From an uncultured delta proteobacterium (lineage in GTDB: Bacteria; Desulfobacterota; Binatia; UBA9968): DNA of 64,000 nt. The stretch lies in assembly GCA_963737905.1 (NCBI GenBank), contig CAVTUQ010000008.1, positions 1 through 64,000 on the forward strand, given 5' to 3'. The translations under genes and the position numbers were made by a program. The notes under the pieces were generated by a model. It made no database searches. It was not told where the DNA came from and saw only the letters and a program-made list of their open reading frames with translations. Shown in pieces: positions 62,132-64,000 of the stretch. Position 1 is the stretch's first letter; every line of letters begins with the position of its first letter.

Positions 62132-62715
62132 GGAGGGTCCTGGTCATAGACGACCATGTTCCCTCCCGCGACAATCTAAAACGGGCTCTGGCTGCCAGTG
62201 GTTGTCAGATTGTCGGCGAGGGAATGAGCGGCAAGGGAGCGGCCCAGTTAGCTTCGGCCACGGTCCCTGATGTAATTTTGATGGCGGTGGGCCTGTCTGA
62301 TCTGGATGGGATACGCGCTGCGCGGAAGATCATGCAGGCAAAGCCCGTTCCGGTTATTCTTGTCAGCAGCCACTACGACCCCGAAACTGTCGAGCGCGCT
62401 AAACGTGCCGGCGTGATGGGTTATCTTCTCAAACCTCTGCGAGACGGCGAGCTGCTACCCACAATCGAAATTGCAGTGTCTCATTTCCAAGAGTTTGTTG
62501 CCCTCCAAAAAGAAAACGAGAATCTCAAGAAGACCCTCGAAGCACGGAAGATCATTGAGCGCGCGAAAGGGATTTTGATGAAGAGCCAAGGACTTTCGGA
62601 GGGGGAGGCATTTTCCTTAATTCAGAAAAAGAGCATGGACTTACGTAAACCGATGGGTGAAATCGCGGAAGCGGTGATCTTGAGCGCAGAGCTCTCTAAA
62701 GGGAAGAGCGATTAA
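62128..62715 (+). CDS. ANTAR-domain regulator with a pseudo-receiver domain
   Basis: VIDD...DVILMAV (phospho-Asp replaced by Ala)...YLLKP; ANTAR RKIIERAKGILM...E.EAF..IQKKSM. Confidence 0.92.
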   Translation: MRRVLVIDDHVPSRDNLKRALAASGCQIVGEGMSGKGAAQLASATVPDVILMAVGLSDLDGIRAARKIMQAKPVPVILVSSHYDPETVERAKRAGVMGYLLKPLRDGELLPTIEIAVSHFQEFVALQKENENLKKTLEARKIIERAKGILMKSQGLSEGEAFSLIQKKSMDLRKPMGEIAEAVILSAELSKGKSD

Positions 62716-62741
62716 AGCTCCGTGGTGCGCCAACGATTCGG

Positions 62742-62758
62742 TGCTGAATTCCCGGGCA
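62742..62758. promoter_or_regulatory. TGC-N11-GCA enhancer box
   Basis: TGCTGAATTCCCGGGCA, about 80 bp upstream of a sigma54 promoter. Confidence 0.5.
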
Positions 62759-62840
62759 GGGAGTGATTCTTTGATACGCAATCCACTTGTGAGGCGATGA
62801 AATAACACCGTAGGCAAGAACTTTTTTCCCAAGATAGCGC

Positions 62841-62856
62841 TGGCATAACCGTTGCT
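62841..62856 (+). promoter_or_regulatory. sigma54 promoter
   Basis: TGGCATAACCGTTGCT. Confidence 0.78.
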
Positions 62857-62871
62857 ACTCAGCGAGTCAAG

Positions 62872-62936
62872 GGCAACGTTGCCATCGGTCGAGCAAAGGC
62901 GCTCATCGTGCAAGCGGTGGAGCGCTTTTGTTTTTT
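62872..62936 (+). ncRNA. ANTAR-binding dual-hexaloop RNA with overlapping intrinsic terminator
   Basis: P1 GGC-AACGTT-GCC, 7-nt linker, P2 GAGC-AAAGGC-GCTC (A1/G4 in both loops); P2 overlaps terminator AAAGGCGCTC...GAGCGCTTTT-GTTTTTT. Confidence 0.88.
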
Positions 62937-62955
62937 GGTTGATAAGGAGGTCTTT

Positions 62956-63156
62956 ATGGCTCGGCGTCACGAGAAAACAATCACCGGAAAAATATTCGAG
63001 AATATCCTCTTTTTGGAAGAGGTCTTTGGTGACAAGGCCGATACGGATATCCCGGATGTACCGGTTCTCGAATTAGCAAAATGCTTTGAATTGTCTCATC
63101 GAAGAACGTTGCATCCCACCAGAGGACGCCAGAAGCCCTGGCCGCTTTGGAAATAG
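62956..63156 (+). CDS. Unknown 66-aa protein under sigma54 and ANTAR control
   Basis: RBS TAAGGAGG then ATG; MARRHEKTITGKIFENILFLEEVFGDKAD...WPLWK. Confidence 0.7.
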   Translation: MARRHEKTITGKIFENILFLEEVFGDKADTDIPDVPVLELAKCFELSHRRTLHPTRGRQKPWPLWK

Positions 63157-63640
63157 AGCGGGCGAATTACCGAATCACCGAGGTGAATGATTGGGTTGTC
63201 GTCCACCCCTCGGGCAAAGCCCAAAACAGCGAACCCCTTTCACGGCCTAAGATTGACCAAGATCGCGGAGTGTACAAACTACAAGTTCGAGCATTGTCCA
63301 GCCGAGCCGAGCTTAAAGTCTAAACGACGTCAGCTCAGGCAATCAATTCACTTTGAAGGGCAAACCAAAAAACGAGCGCCATAAAACCATTCACCCAATA
63401 TCTGTCCACGCTTTGGGTCAAGAATTGCATTGGTTCAGCGAGACTGTAGTTGATGACCAGTCGGGCATCATGAAAGCGCCGGAAAACTAAGTGGAACTTA
63501 GGATTTCTAGGCCCCATCGGCTGGCTTTGAGAAAAGCGTTGCCTAAATCTTAGTCCTGGCTGTGGTTAATGTTTGAGCGTTTGCTTAATTTCGTAACACT
63601 TAATTTTCGATTCCAGTCGATACTTGGTTGGCTCATTGGG

Positions 63641-63656
63641 CGGTATCTAAGTTGCT
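63641..63656 (+). promoter_or_regulatory. sigma54 promoter
   Basis: CGGTATCTAAGTTGCT; degenerate TGC-N11-GCA-like boxes at 63540-63598. Confidence 0.6.
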
Positions 63657-63723
63657 TATCTAGAAAAGACTTTTTGACTGTGTCATATCACGCGTAGTCT
63701 CAATTTTTAGGAGGTGCACGACG

Positions 63724-64000
63724 ATGAAAAAAGGTGTGGTGGGTTTGTGGATTTTCAGCTTGTTTTTCTTGCTCAGCACGGTATACGCGGCTGAGCCGGA
63801 ACAGAAACCAGCTGCGCCGGAACAGAAACCGGCCGAGCCGGCGGAAAAACCTTTAGAACCAGGGTGGCTAAGCTTAGATAGCAGTGTGGGCGTTGCGGAC
63901 AATTGGATCGCACTTAATAAGTCAGCTGTGGAAAACGCTTTAGGGTTCAGCATTGGCGGGTACTTGGACACGAGTTACACTTGGAGTTCACGTCATCCGA
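63724..64000 (+). CDS. Exported protein, probable outer-membrane beta-barrel/porin (runs off the window)
   Basis: RBS AGGAGG; signal peptide MKKGVVGLW...VYA, PEQKPA repeats, then IGGYLDTSYTW beta-strand. Confidence 0.6.
   Translation, partial: MKKGVVGLWIFSLFFLLSTVYAAEPEQKPAAPEQKPAEPAEKPLEPGWLSLDSSVGVADNWIALNKSAVENALGFSIGGYLDTSYTWSSRHP

Overview
64-kb bacterial chromosomal window (about 55% GC). Gene content and style suggest a diderm Deltaproteobacteria-like organism, possibly Ca. Binatia (inference). Many genes at about 10.8-20 kb and 34.7-46.6 kb are broken by indels, most likely long-read errors. From left to right: (1) 1-2.85 kb, probable right end of an island with a RAYT-type HUH transposase between inverted repeats, a tail-fibre-like repeat/S74 chaperone protein and a tmRNA-like 3' remnant plus terminator. 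(2) 2.9-8.8 kb, metal/cation homeostasis genes: two TerC, an HtpX-like protein with both Zn-ligand His replaced by Arg, a CaCA antiporter and a GST. (3) 9-19.6 kb, glycan cluster (GT-C, GT2, GT4s, Wzm/Wzt, sulfotransferase). (4) 19.7-27.7 kb, pilD and two fimT-pilV-pilW-pilX minor-pilin sets. (5) 28-32.4 kb, tmk-holB-metG-tatD. (6) 32.5-45.6 kb, iron-uptake locus under a DtxR-family repressor (FTR1-cytochrome c, ExbBD-TonB, HemP, TonB-dependent receptor, PiuC, PepSY-flavodoxin, siderophore-interacting protein). It carries a Com-like zinc-finger protein, two copies of a conserved tandem-CCAGAG/terminator RNA element and two paralogous small HxH proteins. (7) 45.6-51.2 kb, miscellaneous genes. 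(8) 51.6-64 kb, sigma54 nitrogen regulon: three near-identical PII genes, two amtB, a KdpDE-like pair, glnA, a GATase coupled to a non-phosphorylatable ANTAR regulator, and an ANTAR dual-hairpin attenuator controlling an unknown 66-aa protein. The best candidates for undescribed systems are the Com-like protein/RNA attenuator pair and the GATase-ANTAR-small protein module.
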